Source of the DNA: Alcanivoracaceae bacterium
GTDB taxonomy: Bacteria; Pseudomonadota; Gammaproteobacteria; Pseudomonadales; Alcanivoracaceae
Reading direction: 5' to 3'
NCBI GenBank assembly: GCA_035301485.1
Contig: DATGUF010000038.1
Coordinates: 26,271 to 90,270, forward strand
Length of the DNA stretch: 64,000 nucleotides
The notes below the pieces were generated by a model that was not told the origin of the DNA, did no database searches, and was given only the letters and a program-made list of their open reading frames with translations. The translations under genes were made by a program, and so were the position numbers. Shown here one piece after another: positions 20,288 through 36,105 of this stretch (position 1 is the first letter of the stretch; the number at the start of each line of letters is the position of its first letter).

Positions 20288-20985
20288 TACTGCTGTTCCT
20301 TTGCTTGCTGTTGAAGAAAAAATTCTGCTAAAGCTAAATCTTCCGGCCACGTGATTTTAATATTATCGCTGCGGCCCTGTACCATTTTTGGCTGTGCGCC
20401 TGCGAGTTCCATTGCTGAAGCTTCATCTGTAATTTCATGCCCCGCGGCTAATGCAGCTTCGAGAGCGGCATACAAACGTTCCACAGCAAAAAACTGCGGT
20501 GTAAAAGCACGCCAAATTAATTGACGGTCTAGGGTTTGCACGATACTGCCCTGCGCTACTTTTTTGAGGGTATCAGCAACGGGCACGCCCAAAATAGCGC
20601 CTTTTGATGAAGCAGTGGCCAACAAGGCATCAATGTCGTTGCTATGTAAACAGGGGCGAGCCATATCGTGCACTAACACCCAAGCTTGTGCGTCACCTTG
20701 GTGGCGCAAATAACGCAACCCATTCAGTACGGTGTCGGCACGATCGGCGCCACCTACAATGGTTGTTACCTTGGCATGTTGTGCCACCGGCAAGGTGGGC
20801 CAATAAGGATCTGTGGGGCTTATACCCACTACAATTTGCTCTATGGCAGGATGGTTTAAGAGGCGTTCAATGGTGTGTTCAGCCACCGTTTTTCCTTGCA
20901 GCGTGAGGTACTGCTTAGGCTGAGCAGCCCCCATGCGTGCGCCTACGCCGGCACCTGGCACCAGTGCGTAGATACGGCGCTTCAT
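20287..20985 (-). CDS. ispD: 2-C-methyl-D-erythritol 4-phosphate cytidylyltransferase
   Basis: 232 aa with the [14 protein letters not shown]-terminal motif. Its ATG overlaps the ftsB stop (ATGA). Confidence 0.92.
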   Translation of the reverse strand: MKRRIYALVPGAGVGARMGAAQPKQYLTLQGKTVAEHTIERLLNHPAIEQIVVGISPTDPYWPTLPVAQHAKVTTIVGGADRADTVLNGLRYLRHQGDAQAWVLVHDMARPCLHSNDIDALLATASSKGAILGVPVADTLKKVAQGSIVQTLDRQLIWRAFTPQFFAVERLYAALEAALAAGHEITDEASAMELAGAQPKMVQGRSDNIKITWPEDLALAEFFLQQQAKEQQ

Positions 20986-21293
20986 TCTTTGTTAGCGTCC
21001 TGTTTAGGTGCCATGAGGAATTCGGGCACCAAATAGAAGATTTCATCTCGCTTTATCATGCCGAGATCGCGCCGAGCTATTTCCTCCACGCTATTTTTTG
21101 CGTTTTTAAGATCCGCCACATCCGCCGCCATCAATCGATTACGGGCTTCAAGCTCTTTATTTTGCGCTTCGAGCTCTGCGATTTGCTGTTGCAAATGCAA
21201 ACGATGGCGCCAGCTGCCCTCACCAAACCAAAGGCGATATTGGAAGACAAGGAGAAGCAAAACAAGGAAAACAATGAGTGAGCGGCGCAGCAT
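20982..21293 (-). CDS. ftsB: Cell division protein FtsB
   Basis: 103 aa with an N-terminal TM helix, a coiled coil, and the motif ARRDLGMIKRDEIFY. Confidence 0.88.
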   Translation of the reverse strand: MLRRSLIVFLVLLLLVFQYRLWFGEGSWRHRLHLQQQIAELEAQNKELEARNRLMAADVADLKNAKNSVEEIARRDLGMIKRDEIFYLVPEFLMAPKQDANKE

Positions 21294-21359
21294 GTTAGTT
21301 TCGCATGACGTAATTCAAAGAATACAGGGGCTGAAATCAGCCCCTGACGTAACCGTGCA

Positions 21360-23544
<2,185 letters not shown>

Positions 23545-23554
23545 TTAACCTTTA

Positions 23555-25258
<1,704 letters not shown>

Positions 25259-25375
25259 CTAACAAGAACTAGAAAATGATTGGATTGGGACGGGATTAAA
25301 TACTAACAGAAACACCGTGGCGCCTCAATCAGGCAGTTAGTATTTTCAAGCTGTTAATGCAAATTTTATGTAGCC

Positions 25376-26728
25376 TTACCAAACTAGCTCTGGGGCATTC
25401 CAATGCCAATTTAGCACCCAAGCAGGCTCGCCCTTTTTCGGCCGCGCCTCATCACGAGTGCCAAGCCCATAAGCTCCCACTAACTGTTCTTGATAGTGCC
25501 AAGTGGGAGCTTGAAGCCGCCGCCAAGTGGGCATGCCTTGAGCGCGCCACACCTCGCGTAATTCACGATGCATGCCTTCAATATTTAACTTGGCTCCTTT
25601 AGGGGCTGGCGCCAGCGTGAGTTCGGACCAGTGTTGCGGCACCACAGCACCAACACCATTGCTGACCCCCAAGCTAACGTGCAACACCCCTGCCCCCCAT
25701 GCATAACGCGCACCATCCGCTAGCTGCACTACTTTGTTTTCCTCGGGCGTGGCCGCCTCAGCATGGCTGAGCAAATACAAACGTTGTTGAAAACGACGCC
25801 AACTTCCTGCTGACCAAACCACTTGGGGCTGCGCATCGGCGCGCGCAGGGATTAATTCTTGCCACACACGTTCCAACACATTTTTACTAGGCGGTTGCCA
25901 ACCACGAGCTAACACCCAGCGATACAGCAGATTACGTTGCCGCGCAGGGCTGAGTTGCTGCAAAGCCACTAAACAAACGCCTCCGTCGGCCTGCACCAAT
26001 GCCTGATAATCTAACTGCGCTAACTCATGCTGCAAAGTAGCTGCATCCTGCTGTAATTCCGCATTGCGCGACAGCGTATTCACCACTTTAGGCCAACGCT
26101 CTTCAAGCAGCGGCATAAGCTGTTGGCGAATTAAATTGCGATCCACATCCACGTCTTGGTTGGTGGGGTCTTCCACCCAATCTAACTGCCACAAATGCGC
26201 TACTTTTTCTAAGTGGGCACGGCTTATGCCGAGCATAGGACGCAATATTACCATCCCTTGATACAGGCTATGCTCACTCATGGCGCCTAGCCCTTGCGGC
26301 CCCGCCCCTCTAAACAGTTGTAGTAATAAGGTTTCTGCCTGATCATTCTGATGATGCGCCAACAACAAAGCGCCGCTACGTTGCGTATGTTTTAACAATA
26401 CCTCACGTCGTGCTCGGCGAGCGCGACTTTCAATATTATGTTGGCCTTCAAGGGAGAGTGTTTCAGTGATGAATCGAACGCCCAGCTTATCTGCGTTGTA
26501 TTGGCAATATTGTTGCCACGTATCAGCTAAGGGTTGCAGCCCATGATGCACATGCACTGCTGTAAGGCGAGAGGCGGCCCCTGCACGTATGAGTGCAGCC
26601 AGAAGCACTGTGGAATCGAGGCCACCGCTGTAACCTAACGTCAGTGGGCCCGTTGTTTGAGTGAGCCAATAAGCACAACGCAGCACCAAGTTTTCTCCTA
26701 TGCGTGCTGCGTTGCTATGTTTACCCAT
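25376..26728 (-). CDS. tilS: tRNA(Ile)-lysidine synthase
   Basis: 450 aa with the PP-loop motif GYSGGLDSTVLL. It sits in the conserved position downstream of accA. Confidence 0.88.
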   Translation of the reverse strand: MGKHSNAARIGENLVLRCAYWLTQTTGPLTLGYSGGLDSTVLLAALIRAGAASRLTAVHVHHGLQPLADTWQQYCQYNADKLGVRFITETLSLEGQHNIESRARRARREVLLKHTQRSGALLLAHHQNDQAETLLLQLFRGAGPQGLGAMSEHSLYQGMVILRPMLGISRAHLEKVAHLWQLDWVEDPTNQDVDVDRNLIRQQLMPLLEERWPKVVNTLSRNAELQQDAATLQHELAQLDYQALVQADGGVCLVALQQLSPARQRNLLYRWVLARGWQPPSKNVLERVWQELIPARADAQPQVVWSAGSWRRFQQRLYLLSHAEAATPEENKVVQLADGARYAWGAGVLHVSLGVSNGVGAVVPQHWSELTLAPAPKGAKLNIEGMHRELREVWRAQGMPTWRRLQAPTWHYQEQLVGAYGLGTRDEARPKKGEPAWVLNWHWNAPELVW

Positions 26729-26736
26729 GGTTAACG

Positions 26737-27690
26737 TTATTCTACGTTACCGTACGACATTAACCGCTCGTAACGGCGCTCTAACAGCTTATCGATGCTC
26801 ATCGCCTCGAGTTTTTCTAACTGTTTAACGAGATGTTCGCGAATACGTTCCGCAGTTAAGGAATAATCGCGGTGCGCACTACCTAGTGGCTCTGGAATCA
26901 CTGCATCGACAATGCCCAGTTCATGTAAACGCTCCGCATTCATACCCATGGCTGCGGCAGCTTCGGGCGCTTTTTCTGCACTACGCCATAAAATAGAGGC
27001 ACAACCTTCAGGGGAAATCACCGCATAAGTACTGTATTGCAACATTTGCAGGTGATCACACACGCCTATGGCCAAAGCTCCGCCCGAGCCACCTTCGCCC
27101 ACCACCGTAGTGATAATGGGAACGCGAAGGTTTGACATCACGAGCAAATTACGGGCAATGGCTTCACTCTGGCCACGCTCTTCTGCATCAATACCTGGGA
27201 ACGCGCCGGGTGTATCAATGAAGGTAAAGATAGGCATTTTAAAACGTTCTGCCATTTCCATCAGCCGCAACGCTTTACGGTAACCTTCGGGCTTAGGCAT
27301 GCCGAAATTGCGGCGCACCTTTTCTCTCACTTCTCGCCCTTTTTGATGGCCTATCACCATCACAGGCTTATCGTTAAGCCGCGCAATACCACCCACAATG
27401 GCTGGATCATCCGCAAAGGTGCGGTCGCCATGCAGTTCATCAAACTGTTCAAAAATAAGATCAATGTAATCGAGCGTGTGAGGACGCTGAGAATGGCGCG
27501 CCAACTGCGATATTTGCCAGGGCGTTAAACCGCCAAATACTGACTCCATCAGAGTTTGGCTTTTCTCTTCTAAACGTTGGATTTCATCCGAAATATTCAC
27601 ATCTGCATCGCTACTGGCGCGACGCAGTTCCTCAATTTTTGTTTCTAGCTCAGCAATAGGCTGCTCAAAGTCGAGAAAATTGGGGTTCAT
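26737..27690 (-). CDS. accA: Acetyl-CoA carboxylase carboxyltransferase alpha subunit
   Basis: 317 aa: [16 protein letters not shown]..., [20 protein letters not shown]. Confidence 0.95.
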   Translation of the reverse strand: MNPNFLDFEQPIAELETKIEELRRASSDADVNISDEIQRLEEKSQTLMESVFGGLTPWQISQLARHSQRPHTLDYIDLIFEQFDELHGDRTFADDPAIVGGIARLNDKPVMVIGHQKGREVREKVRRNFGMPKPEGYRKALRLMEMAERFKMPIFTFIDTPGAFPGIDAEERGQSEAIARNLLVMSNLRVPIITTVVGEGGSGGALAIGVCDHLQMLQYSTYAVISPEGCASILWRSAEKAPEAAAAMGMNAERLHELGIVDAVIPEPLGSAHRDYSLTAERIREHLVKQLEKLEAMSIDKLLERRYERLMSYGNVE

Positions 27691-27799
27691 ATACTAAGCC
27701 TCTACAGATTCTTTTGCGTGCAGTGTACTTGCATTAGGGGGCGTTGGTCGAGAAAGCAACGGAAAAACCTCGTTGCAAAATGTATTCATGCCCCATGAA

Positions 27800-30700
27800 T
27801 TAATATTCGACAGCCACTTGGCCTTCGTCGAGTTCTTGCATTAATGCTCCAATCAAGCCTTGTTCAGGGCGAATGTGCCACTCTTCGCCTAGCTGTAAAC
27901 GCCCAGTGGCTTGTGGGTGTTCGAAATCTATTACCACAGGACACTCCCCGCCTTTATAGGGTGTTAGTTGACGATGCAACCATTCAGGCAAGGTGTTGGT
28001 AATAGGCATTTTAAGGCGTAAATGTTTTGCAAAACGTTCGCGAGCCTGCGCCATGGTCATAATTTCATCGGCCATAATACTAAAGCCACCAGTATAATCA
28101 TCGTTACGCACTGCGCCGCGAATCACGAGCAACTCGTCTTTCTCAATAATATCGGCAAACTCCGCAAACACCCGCCCAAACACAGACACTTCGGTGCGCC
28201 CTGTTTTGTCGTCAATCGTCATAAAGGCCATGCGGTCGCCACTGCGCTTACTACGAGTAACACGCAGTGCCACCACCAAGCCAGCTACCAGTGCTGCTTG
28301 CCCTTTACTTGTGGGGGTTAAATTGTTTAAGCGTGCGCTCACAAAGCGCCTAACCTCTGGTTCATATTGATCAATAGGATGGCCGGTTAAAAACAAGCCT
28401 AGCGTGTCACGCTCACCGTTTAGCCGCTGATCATCCGACCAAGGCCGCAGCTTTTTCAGCACCACATTTTCCACCACTTGCTGATCCAGCGCAGGACCTC
28501 CAAACAAATCATCCATGCCGGCTTCTTCATTTTTTAACGCTTGCTCGGCAGCCAACATGGCGTCGGGCAGGCTCGCTTGTAGCGAGGCACGGTCATTAAA
28601 ATGTTTATTAGGGCCTAACTGATCGAGCGCACCGGCTTTCACCAACGCTTCCATAGCACGGCGATTCATGCGTTTCATTTCCACGCGGCGACAAAAATCA
28701 AACAAATTATCGAACACTAAGCCTTCTTCACGCGCGTTAACGATAGCTTGAATAGGGCCCTCGCCAAGCCCTTTGATGGCGCCTAGGCCATACACCACAT
28801 GCCCTTCATCATTGGCAATGAAACGATAACCACAGCTGTTAACCTCTGGTGGCAGCACTTTTAGGCCCATGGCTTTACATTCATCAACAAAAGTAACGAC
28901 CTTGTCGGTGTTTTGCATTTCAGCAGAAATTACTGCCGCCATGAATTCAGCAGGATAATGCACTTTTAACCAAGCGGTGTGATAAGCCACCAATGCGTAA
29001 GCAGCAGAGTGAGATTTGTTAAAGCCGTACCCAGCAAACTTTTCCACTAGGTCGAAAATACGAATAGCAAGCTCGCCGTCTACGCCATTATTGCGCGCTC
29101 CTTCTTCAAAAGCTTTGCGCTGTGCAGCCATTTCTTCCATATCTTTGCGGCCCATGGCACGGCGCAGGAGGTCCGCTTGCCCTAGCGAATAACCAGCAAG
29201 CACCTGTGCAATTTGCATCACCTGTTCTTGGTATAAAATAACCCCATAAGTGGGTTCAAGAATTGGCTTGAGTAGTTCGTGTTGGTATTGCGGATCAGGA
29301 TAAGCTAGCGGCTCTCGGCCATGCTTACGGTTAATAAAGTTATCTACCATGCCCGACTCTAGTGGCCCTGGACGATACAGGGCTACTAAAGCGATAATAT
29401 CTTCAAATACGTCGGGACGAAGTTTCTTAATCAACTCCTTCATACCAGAAGATTCGAGTTGGAACACTGCCGTGGTGTCTCCACGTTTAAGCAGCTCGAA
29501 AGTTTCAGCATCATCTAGCGGAATATCACTACTGGTGATTGGCTCAAGCCCTTCGCTTTGACGCTTTTTGTTAGCCGCTTTGATGGCCCAATCGATAATG
29601 GTAAGTGTTCTTAGCCCGAGGAAGTCAAACTTCACTAGACCCGCAGCCTCAACGTCATCTTTATCGTATTGGGTAACGAGGTTGTTGCCCTCTTCATCAC
29701 AGTGCAATGGAGCAAAATCGGTGAGCTTGCCAGGAGCAATCACCACCCCTCCAGCGTGGCGCCCCACGTTACGTGTTAAACCCTCAAGCTTTTCTGCCAT
29801 TTCCCAAATTTCATTGGCAGAATCTTGGTCTCCATGAGGCTCCCCTGTGAGAAACTCCTCCAACGCCTCTTCTTGTTGGCGTGCTTTGGCGAGCGTCATG
29901 CCAGGCGTGCCGGGAATCATTTTCGACAAACGATCAGCCAACCCATAAGGCTTACCCTGTACACGCGCCACGTCTCGCACCACCGCTTTAGCGGCCATGG
30001 TTCCGAAAGTAACAATTTGGCCCACTGCTTCACGCCCATAGGTGCGTGCCACGTAAGCAATCACATCATCACGTTGGTCCATGCAGAAATCCACGTCGAA
30101 GTCAGGCATGGAAACACGTTCTGGGTTAAGGAAACGCTCAAACAGCAAATCGTATTGCAGAGGGTCAAGATCGGTAATCTCTAACACCCACGCCACTAAC
30201 GACCCTGCTCCAGAGCCTCGCCCAGGGCCCACTGGGATATCATTTTGCTTAGCCCAGCGAATAAAATCCGAAACAATTAAGAAGTAACCAGGGAACTTCA
30301 TCTGGTTAATTACATTTAACTCGAACTTTAAGCGCGCTTCATAGGCAGCTCGGCGCTCTGCGTAATCTTCAGCTGCTGGATCTAGCACTGTAGCTAAACG
30401 CTTTTCGAGACCTTCAAAGCTAGCATGCTCAAAATATTCGGCCTCTGTCATTCCCTCTGGCACGGGGAAGGCTGGCAAATAGTTGTTGCCAAGTTCAATT
30501 TCTAACGAACAACGGCGCGCTATTTCTACCGTATTAACTAAGGCTTCTGGCAAATCACTAAACAGCTCTGCCATTTCCGCAGGGCTTTTAAAATATTGCT
30601 CTTCGGTGTAGCGTCTCTCGCGCCTTGGGTCTTCTAAGGTGAAACTTTCATGAATACACACACGTACTTCGTGTGCTTCGAAATCTTCTTTCTCAATAAA

Positions 30701-31306
30701 ACGCACATCATTCGTGGCCACGATGGGTAACTGCAACCGTGTGGCTTGCTCCACGGTTAAGTGCAAAGCAGTTTCATCACCGGGGCGGCCGGCACGTTGC
30801 ACTTCAAGATAAAAACGATCAGGGAAATGGTGCGCAAACCATTGTGCTAATTCATCAGCTTGCGCTTCTTTACCTTCAAGAAGTAGCTGCCCAATAGGGC
30901 CGTGAGCCCCTGCAGACAACAGCAATAAACCTTCGTTTAATTCACCCACCCACTCTTGTTTCACTAGGGCACGGCCATCTTGCTGGTTCAGTTGCCATGC
31001 ACGGGAAATGAGTAAGGTGAGGTTTTTATAACCCTTTTCATTCATCACCAACGCACAAATAGGCGTCGGCTTTTCGAGCTGTTCACAATACATCCATAAA
31101 TCGGCACCAGCGATGGGTTTTATTCCCGCTTTAATGGCACTGCCATAAAACTTAATAAGCCCAAATAAATTTGAATCGTCGGTGACGGCTACAGCAGGCA
31201 TGCCAAACTCTGTGCAACGCTGTGCGAGTGCTTTCACCCGCGCAATGCCATCCACTAAGGAATAATCAGTGTGCACTCGTAAATGAATAAAAGAAGGTTC
31301 TGTCAT
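27800..31306 (-). CDS. dnaE: DNA polymerase III alpha subunit
   Basis: MTEPSFIHLRVHTDYSLVDG (PHP domain) from the ATG at 31306, ~1168 aa. The track ORF to 31372 extends into rnhB. Confidence 0.96.
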   Translation of the reverse strand: MTEPSFIHLRVHTDYSLVDGIARVKALAQRCTEFGMPAVAVTDDSNLFGLIKFYGSAIKAGIKPIAGADLWMYCEQLEKPTPICALVMNEKGYKNLTLLISRAWQLNQQDGRALVKQEWVGELNEGLLLLSAGAHGPIGQLLLEGKEAQADELAQWFAHHFPDRFYLEVQRAGRPGDETALHLTVEQATRLQLPIVATNDVRFIEKEDFEAHEVRVCIHESFTLEDPRRERRYTEEQYFKSPAEMAELFSDLPEALVNTVEIARRCSLEIELGNNYLPAFPVPEGMTEAEYFEHASFEGLEKRLATVLDPAAEDYAERRAAYEARLKFELNVINQMKFPGYFLIVSDFIRWAKQNDIPVGPGRGSGAGSLVAWVLEITDLDPLQYDLLFERFLNPERVSMPDFDVDFCMDQRDDVIAYVARTYGREAVGQIVTFGTMAAKAVVRDVARVQGKPYGLADRLSKMIPGTPGMTLAKARQQEEALEEFLTGEPHGDQDSANEIWEMAEKLEGLTRNVGRHAGGVVIAPGKLTDFAPLHCDEEGNNLVTQYDKDDVEAAGLVKFDFLGLRTLTIIDWAIKAANKKRQSEGLEPITSSDIPLDDAETFELLKRGDTTAVFQLESSGMKELIKKLRPDVFEDIIALVALYRPGPLESGMVDNFINRKHGREPLAYPDPQYQHELLKPILEPTYGVILYQEQVMQIAQVLAGYSLGQADLLRRAMGRKDMEEMAAQRKAFEEGARNNGVDGELAIRIFDLVEKFAGYGFNKSHSAAYALVAYHTAWLKVHYPAEFMAAVISAEMQNTDKVVTFVDECKAMGLKVLPPEVNSCGYRFIANDEGHVVYGLGAIKGLGEGPIQAIVNAREEGLVFDNLFDFCRRVEMKRMNRRAMEALVKAGALDQLGPNKHFNDRASLQASLPDAMLAAEQALKNEEAGMDDLFGGPALDQQVVENVVLKKLRPWSDDQRLNGERDTLGLFLTGHPIDQYEPEVRRFVSARLNNLTPTSKGQAALVAGLVVALRVTRSKRSGDRMAFMTIDDKTGRTEVSVFGRVFAEFADIIEKDELLVIRGAVRNDDYTGGFSIMADEIMTMAQARERFAKHLRLKMPITNTLPEWLHRQLTPYKGGECPVVIDFEHPQATGRLQLGEEWHIRPEQGLIGALMQELDEGQVAVEY

Positions 31307-31307
31307 A

Positions 31308-31949
31308 TTAACTCTCTGGATCCACCACACGCGCCACAGGTGCGAAGGAACGACGATGTTCCGGCAAAGCACCGTACTCGTTTAAAGCGGCTATATGCGC
31401 TTTAGTAGGATAACCTTTATGGCGATCAAAGCCGTAGTTTGGATGTTCTTGGTGCAACGCCAGCATCTCTGCATCACGGGTTACTTTGGCAATAATGGAG
31501 GCTGCACTAATGGCTGGCACTCGCCCATCGCCTTTCACTACTGCTTCTGCTGGCATGGGTAAGTCGGGGCAACGATGGCCGTCAATAATAGCGGCATCGG
31601 GCGTTATTTTGAGTCCCGTCACCGCTCGTTGCATGGCTAAAAATGTGGCCTGATAGATATTGAGTTGGTCAACTTCAGCAGCGTCGGCACGGCCGACACT
31701 CACCGCGAGCGCTTTTATGCGAATTTCTTCAGCTAGCTCATTGCGTTTTTTTTCAGATAACTTCTTGCTATCAGCGAGCCCTGCAATGGGGTTACTAGGA
31801 TCTAAAATCACAGCGGCTGTCACCACAGCACCCACCAAGGGGCCACGGCCCACCTCATCAACACCCGCCAATAATTGGCCGGGCTGCCATGGAAAGGCCG
31901 TAGGATACCAGGGTTCGGGCAAATTATACTCTGCAAAGGGATGCTGCAT
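31308..31949 (-). CDS. rnhB: Ribonuclease HII
   Basis: [12 protein letters not shown] and DSKKLS motifs. The ATG at 31949 is preferred over the TTG at 31961, which would overlap lpxB. Confidence 0.92.
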   Translation of the reverse strand: MQHPFAEYNLPEPWYPTAFPWQPGQLLAGVDEVGRGPLVGAVVTAAVILDPSNPIAGLADSKKLSEKKRNELAEEIRIKALAVSVGRADAAEVDQLNIYQATFLAMQRAVTGLKITPDAAIIDGHRCPDLPMPAEAVVKGDGRVPAISAASIIAKVTRDAEMLALHQEHPNYGFDRHKGYPTKAHIAALNEYGALPEHRRSFAPVARVVDPES

Positions 31950-31950
31950 A

Positions 31951-33102
31951 TTACTTCTCAATTAATTGTCGCACTGCCTCAGCCGCTCTCGCACTAGCAC
32001 CGCGGCGTAACTGTACATGTAGGCTTTGCAATCGGTCAGCAAGTGCTTCAACACGTTGTGGCTGTTCAAACCAGTTGGTAACTGCCTCGGCTAGCGCTTC
32101 CGGCGTCATCTTATGTTGAATCAGTTCAGGCACCAACTCCTCGTTACACAACAAGTTGGGCAAGGCTACGTATTTGATATTGAGCAACAACGACATAATA
32201 AAATAAGTGATAGGCCCAAGGCGATAGCCCACCACCATAGGTTTCTTGAACAAGGCGCCTTCCAAAGTGGCCGTGCCTGAGGCCATCAATAACACATCCG
32301 CGGCAGCCATTACCTTACGGCTTTCGCCATCTGTAACGCGAACATTAGTTAAACCCATTGATTCAACCCCTGCGGTAATTTCTTTTTTACGCAAAGGGTT
32401 AGCAGCAGGAATAATAATGGCTAACTCTGTATATTTTTTTTGTAATAGCTTAACGGCTGCTAGAAAATCGGGCAGCAAACGCCTCACTTCACCACCTCGG
32501 CTACCTGGCAATACACCTAGCACTTTACCTGTTTGCTCTAAGCCTAGCTCAGCACGGGCTTGCGCTTTGTCGGTATGCAGCGCAATAGTATCGGCGAGTG
32601 GGTGTCCCACAAAAGTAACGGGCACACCCTCTTTTTGATAAATCTGCTCTTCAAAAGGAAGTAGCGCTAGCATGTGGTCGATATTCGCCTTGATGGTTTT
32701 CAGGCGTCCTTTACGCCACGCCCACACCGAAGGGCTTACATAATGCACCGTTTTGATGCCCTGCTGATGCAACCGAGCTGCTACGCCTAAAGTAAAATCT
32801 GGCGAATCAATGGTGATGCACACCACTGGATTAGCAGCTGCAATGTGCTCGACTAATTGCCGGCGTAAGCGAAACAGCTCTGGAAGCTTAGGGATGATCT
32901 CTGTAATGCCCATAACCGCTAGCTGCTCCATGGGAAACAGGCTTTCGCCCCCTTCTTCTTCCATCAGAGGGCCACACACCCCAATAAAACGTGCAGCAGG
33001 ATAAAAACGACGCAATGCACGAATAAGCCCAGCACCAAGAATATCGCCAGACGTTTCACCCGCAACAATTGCTATAACAGGACTAGAGCCTAGTGAGGCC
33101 AT
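31951..33102 (-). CDS. lpxB: Lipid-A-disaccharide synthase
   Basis: [20 protein letters not shown]... from the ATG at 33102, preceded by GAGGAG. The track ORF to 33171 is an upstream extension. Confidence 0.92.
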   Translation of the reverse strand: MASLGSSPVIAIVAGETSGDILGAGLIRALRRFYPAARFIGVCGPLMEEEGGESLFPMEQLAVMGITEIIPKLPELFRLRRQLVEHIAAANPVVCITIDSPDFTLGVAARLHQQGIKTVHYVSPSVWAWRKGRLKTIKANIDHMLALLPFEEQIYQKEGVPVTFVGHPLADTIALHTDKAQARAELGLEQTGKVLGVLPGSRGGEVRRLLPDFLAAVKLLQKKYTELAIIIPAANPLRKKEITAGVESMGLTNVRVTDGESRKVMAAADVLLMASGTATLEGALFKKPMVVGYRLGPITYFIMSLLLNIKYVALPNLLCNEELVPELIQHKMTPEALAEAVTNWFEQPQRVEALADRLQSLHVQLRRGASARAAEAVRQLIEK

Positions 33103-33213
33103 CTTTATCTCCTCTTGGTGGGGCCACAAGGAAGCCATATTACCCCATTGCTCGCCGCGTAGCTGAAACAAAAACGGCGGGTTTCCCCGCCGTCTCTAAG
33201 TTACACACAAAGA

Positions 33214-33981
33214 TTAACGCGTGATACCACGTTCTGAGTGACGTAAAGATTGAATAAACACTTCCAGTTCAGGTGCCGTTTCCCACTGTTCTAGCTCGGC
33301 AATGGCCTCTGCCAAGGTATTTCCTTCTCGATACACCACTTTGTATGCCTTGCGCAATTGGCGCACAACTTCAGCGCTCCAACCGCGACGACGCATACCT
33401 TCAAAATTCATGCTTCGTGCCGAAGCAGGGTTACCTCCCACCATTACATAGGCAGGGATATCTTTAAGCACCAATGAGCAACCTGCTGTCATGGCGTAGG
33501 AGCCAATTTTGCAGAACTGATGCACACCTGTCATACCACCGAGCAAAACACCATCGCCAATATGTACATGCCCTGCGATGCCACAAGTGTTGGCAAAAAT
33601 ATTGTCATCGCCGATGATGCAATCATGTGCCACATGTACAGCCACCATTAACAGGTTATTACTACCTATTTTAGTGAGCCCTTGATCCTGTATGGTGCCG
33701 CGATGCACGGTTACGTGCTCACGAAAAATGTTGTTATCGCCAATTTCCAAACGCGTGGGCTCGCCTTTGTACTTTTTATCTTGGCAATCTTCACCAATAG
33801 AGGTGAATTGAAAGATCTGATTACCTTTACCGATGACCGTTGGCCCTTTAATCACAGCATGCGGCCCAATAACGGTATCATCGCCGATCGTGACACCAGG
33901 CCCAATAATGCTATATGGGCCCACCTTTACGTTGCGGCCAAGCTCTGCTGTTTCATCGATGAGGGCTGTTCTATGTATCAT
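33214..33981 (-). CDS. lpxA: Acyl-ACP--UDP-N-acetylglucosamine O-acyltransferase
   Basis: 255 aa with left-handed beta-helix hexapeptide repeats. It is colinear with LpxA. Confidence 0.93.
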   Translation of the reverse strand: MIHRTALIDETAELGRNVKVGPYSIIGPGVTIGDDTVIGPHAVIKGPTVIGKGNQIFQFTSIGEDCQDKKYKGEPTRLEIGDNNIFREHVTVHRGTIQDQGLTKIGSNNLLMVAVHVAHDCIIGDDNIFANTCGIAGHVHIGDGVLLGGMTGVHQFCKIGSYAMTAGCSLVLKDIPAYVMVGGNPASARSMNFEGMRRRGWSAEVVRQLRKAYKVVYREGNTLAEAIAELEQWETAPELEVFIQSLRHSERGITR

Positions 33982-34050
33982 TATTATTAGTTAATCCACA
34001 GAAAGTACGTTAAGAATACAGAACCATTCTGCATTCGGCTTAGGGGTTGC

Positions 34051-34500
34051 CTACTCGCCACCATCGTAACGATGCTCAGCCACAAGTGTTTCAACACTCG
34101 CCACCAATTGGTCATCCACATAAGCTTCGCATGCAAACTTTAAAATATTGCGGCGCTTAACCAACAAGCGTGCATGCATAATCAATTGATCACCAGGCAC
34201 CACTGGTTTCTTAAACCGTGCTTTATCTGCACCTACTAGCAAGTAATTAAACCCATCTGCTGGTTTTCTACCTGCAAGCATGAAACCCAACACGCCGGCT
34301 GTTTGCGTCATGGCTTCAATAAGTAATACACCTGGCATGACTGGGTTACTGGGGAAATGTCCATTAAAAAAAGGCTCGTTCACAGTAACGTTCTTCAATC
34401 CCACAATTCTTTCGCCGGGTACAAACTCTAAGATACGATCCACTAAAAGAAATGGATAGCGTTGCGGCAAGTACTCTTTAATTTCATTAATTTTCATCAT
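34051..34500 (-). CDS. fabZ: 3-hydroxyacyl-ACP dehydratase FabZ
   Basis: [23 protein letters not shown]...HFP..PVMPGVL. Tandem ATGs lie at 34500 and 34497. Confidence 0.94.
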   Translation of the reverse strand: MMKINEIKEYLPQRYPFLLVDRILEFVPGERIVGLKNVTVNEPFFNGHFPSNPVMPGVLLIEAMTQTAGVLGFMLAGRKPADGFNYLLVGADKARFKKPVVPGDQLIMHARLLVKRRNILKFACEAYVDDQLVASVETLVAEHRYDGGE

Positions 34501-34560
34501 AACTGCATTTGTCCAGCCCGCTTTGGCGAGCATCGTCCCCACACAACAACAAGGTTAACG

Positions 34561-35580
34561 TTAGTTTTCAATCACTTTTTTTTCTAGCTGTACTACTCGA
34601 CGATAAAGTTCGTCTAACTTACGAAAACGCGCTGCATTGCGCCGCCAATTACGTTCATTATCTGCTGGCAATGCCGAACCATAGGTGCCTGGCTTAGTAA
34701 TGGATTTAGAAACGAGCGTCATGCCAAGGATATTCACCTGATCTGCTAGTTCTAAATGACCCGCTAACCCAACAGCGCCGCCAATCATACAGTAACGACC
34801 AATGCGACTGCTACCTGAGATGCCGGCTTTACCTGCTAGTGCGCTGTGCTCACCCACTTCCACGTTATGGCCTAGATGCACTTGGTCGTCCAAAATCACG
34901 CCGTCGGCTACCACTGTGTCTTCAATGGCACCGCGATCAATGGTGACATTGGCACCAATATTAACGTTCGCACCTATACACACAGAACCCACTTGGGCCA
35001 CGCTGTGCCAATGCCCTTCGCCAAAAGCAAAACCAAAGCCATCGGCACCAATCACGGACCCCGCATGCACGATGGTATTATCGCCAATACTAACACCATG
35101 ATACAGCGTGACATTGGGATAAATGCGTACGTTTTTGCCGAGCACAACCCCTTCGCCTACTACGCTGTTTGCCATCACCACCGTGTTTTCACCGATTATT
35201 GCGCGCTCTTCCACTACAGCGCCTGCAGCAATGGAAACACCAGCTTCAAGTTGAGCACTTTCCGCCACCACCGCTCTCGGGTGGACACCCTGCGTTGCAA
35301 TGGGGGTTAAGGCAAACAATTGGCTTAGCTGTGCGAACGCTAGGTAAGGGTTTGGCACCACTAAAGCAGGCACGGGGCAATCGGCCGCCATTTCGGCGGT
35401 GCACAATACTGCACCTGCCTGGCTAGTGGCTAAATAAGGCCGATACTTAGGGTTAGCTAAAAAGGTAAGCTCATCAGCCTGGGCAGAAACAAGTGTGCCA
35501 AGCCCTCGGATGCGGCCTTCGCCCGCACCCTGAAGCTCGGCACCTACTTTCTTTGCTAATTCTGCAACGGTTATAGTCAC
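34561..35580 (-). CDS. lpxD: UDP-3-O-(3-hydroxyacyl)glucosamine N-acyltransferase
   Basis: 339 aa with hexapeptide repeats. GTG start. It sits in the conserved skp-lpxD-fabZ-lpxA-lpxB order. Confidence 0.92.
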   Translation of the reverse strand: MTITVAELAKKVGAELQGAGEGRIRGLGTLVSAQADELTFLANPKYRPYLATSQAGAVLCTAEMAADCPVPALVVPNPYLAFAQLSQLFALTPIATQGVHPRAVVAESAQLEAGVSIAAGAVVEERAIIGENTVVMANSVVGEGVVLGKNVRIYPNVTLYHGVSIGDNTIVHAGSVIGADGFGFAFGEGHWHSVAQVGSVCIGANVNIGANVTIDRGAIEDTVVADGVILDDQVHLGHNVEVGEHSALAGKAGISGSSRIGRYCMIGGAVGLAGHLELADQVNILGMTLVSKSITKPGTYGSALPADNERNWRRNAARFRKLDELYRRVVQLEKKVIEN

Positions 35581-35584
35581 AATC

Positions 35585-36094
35585 TTACTTTTTAATGCGG
35601 TTAATGGCTTTGATCACATCCGTGGTGATGTCTAGCTGCGGAGCGTTAAAGTGAACTGCGCCTGCTTCAACCACGAGGTCTAGCTTTTTCGCTTTTACCA
35701 CTTGGTCAATAGCTTGCTCAAATGCTGGGCGCATTTCCTCATTAATCTTTTGCTCACCTTCCGCCTGACGACGGCTTAAGGTTTCACGCAAGGCTTGGAA
35801 CTCTGCCGCTTTCTCTTGAAATTGCTTCTGCAGCGCTTCCTGCTGGCTTTGGCTCATGGTTCTGCCGTCGCGCTCAGCGCGCTGCTGAATTTTAACGATG
35901 TCTTGATCAATTTTTTGTAAACGCTGTGCATCAGCCTCTAAAGATTTCTCTAATTGCGTCACTCTAGATTTGATCGCGTTGCTTTGGCTCATCACTTGGC
36001 CAAAATCTAAAACACCCACCTTTGTATTCGCCATCGCTAACGCTGGCACCAGTAAAAACAAAAACACTAAGCTTTTAGCGGTAAACTTTTTCAT
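35585..36094 (-). CDS. skp: Periplasmic chaperone Skp (OmpH)
   Basis: 169 aa with a signal peptide and a Gln/Glu/Lys-rich coiled coil. It lies between bamA and lpxD. Confidence 0.88.
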   Translation of the reverse strand: MKKFTAKSLVFLFLLVPALAMANTKVGVLDFGQVMSQSNAIKSRVTQLEKSLEADAQRLQKIDQDIVKIQQRAERDGRTMSQSQQEALQKQFQEKAAEFQALRETLSRRQAEGEQKINEEMRPAFEQAIDQVVKAKKLDLVVEAGAVHFNAPQLDITTDVIKAINRIKK

Positions 36095-36105
36095 TGTTAA
36101 ATCTC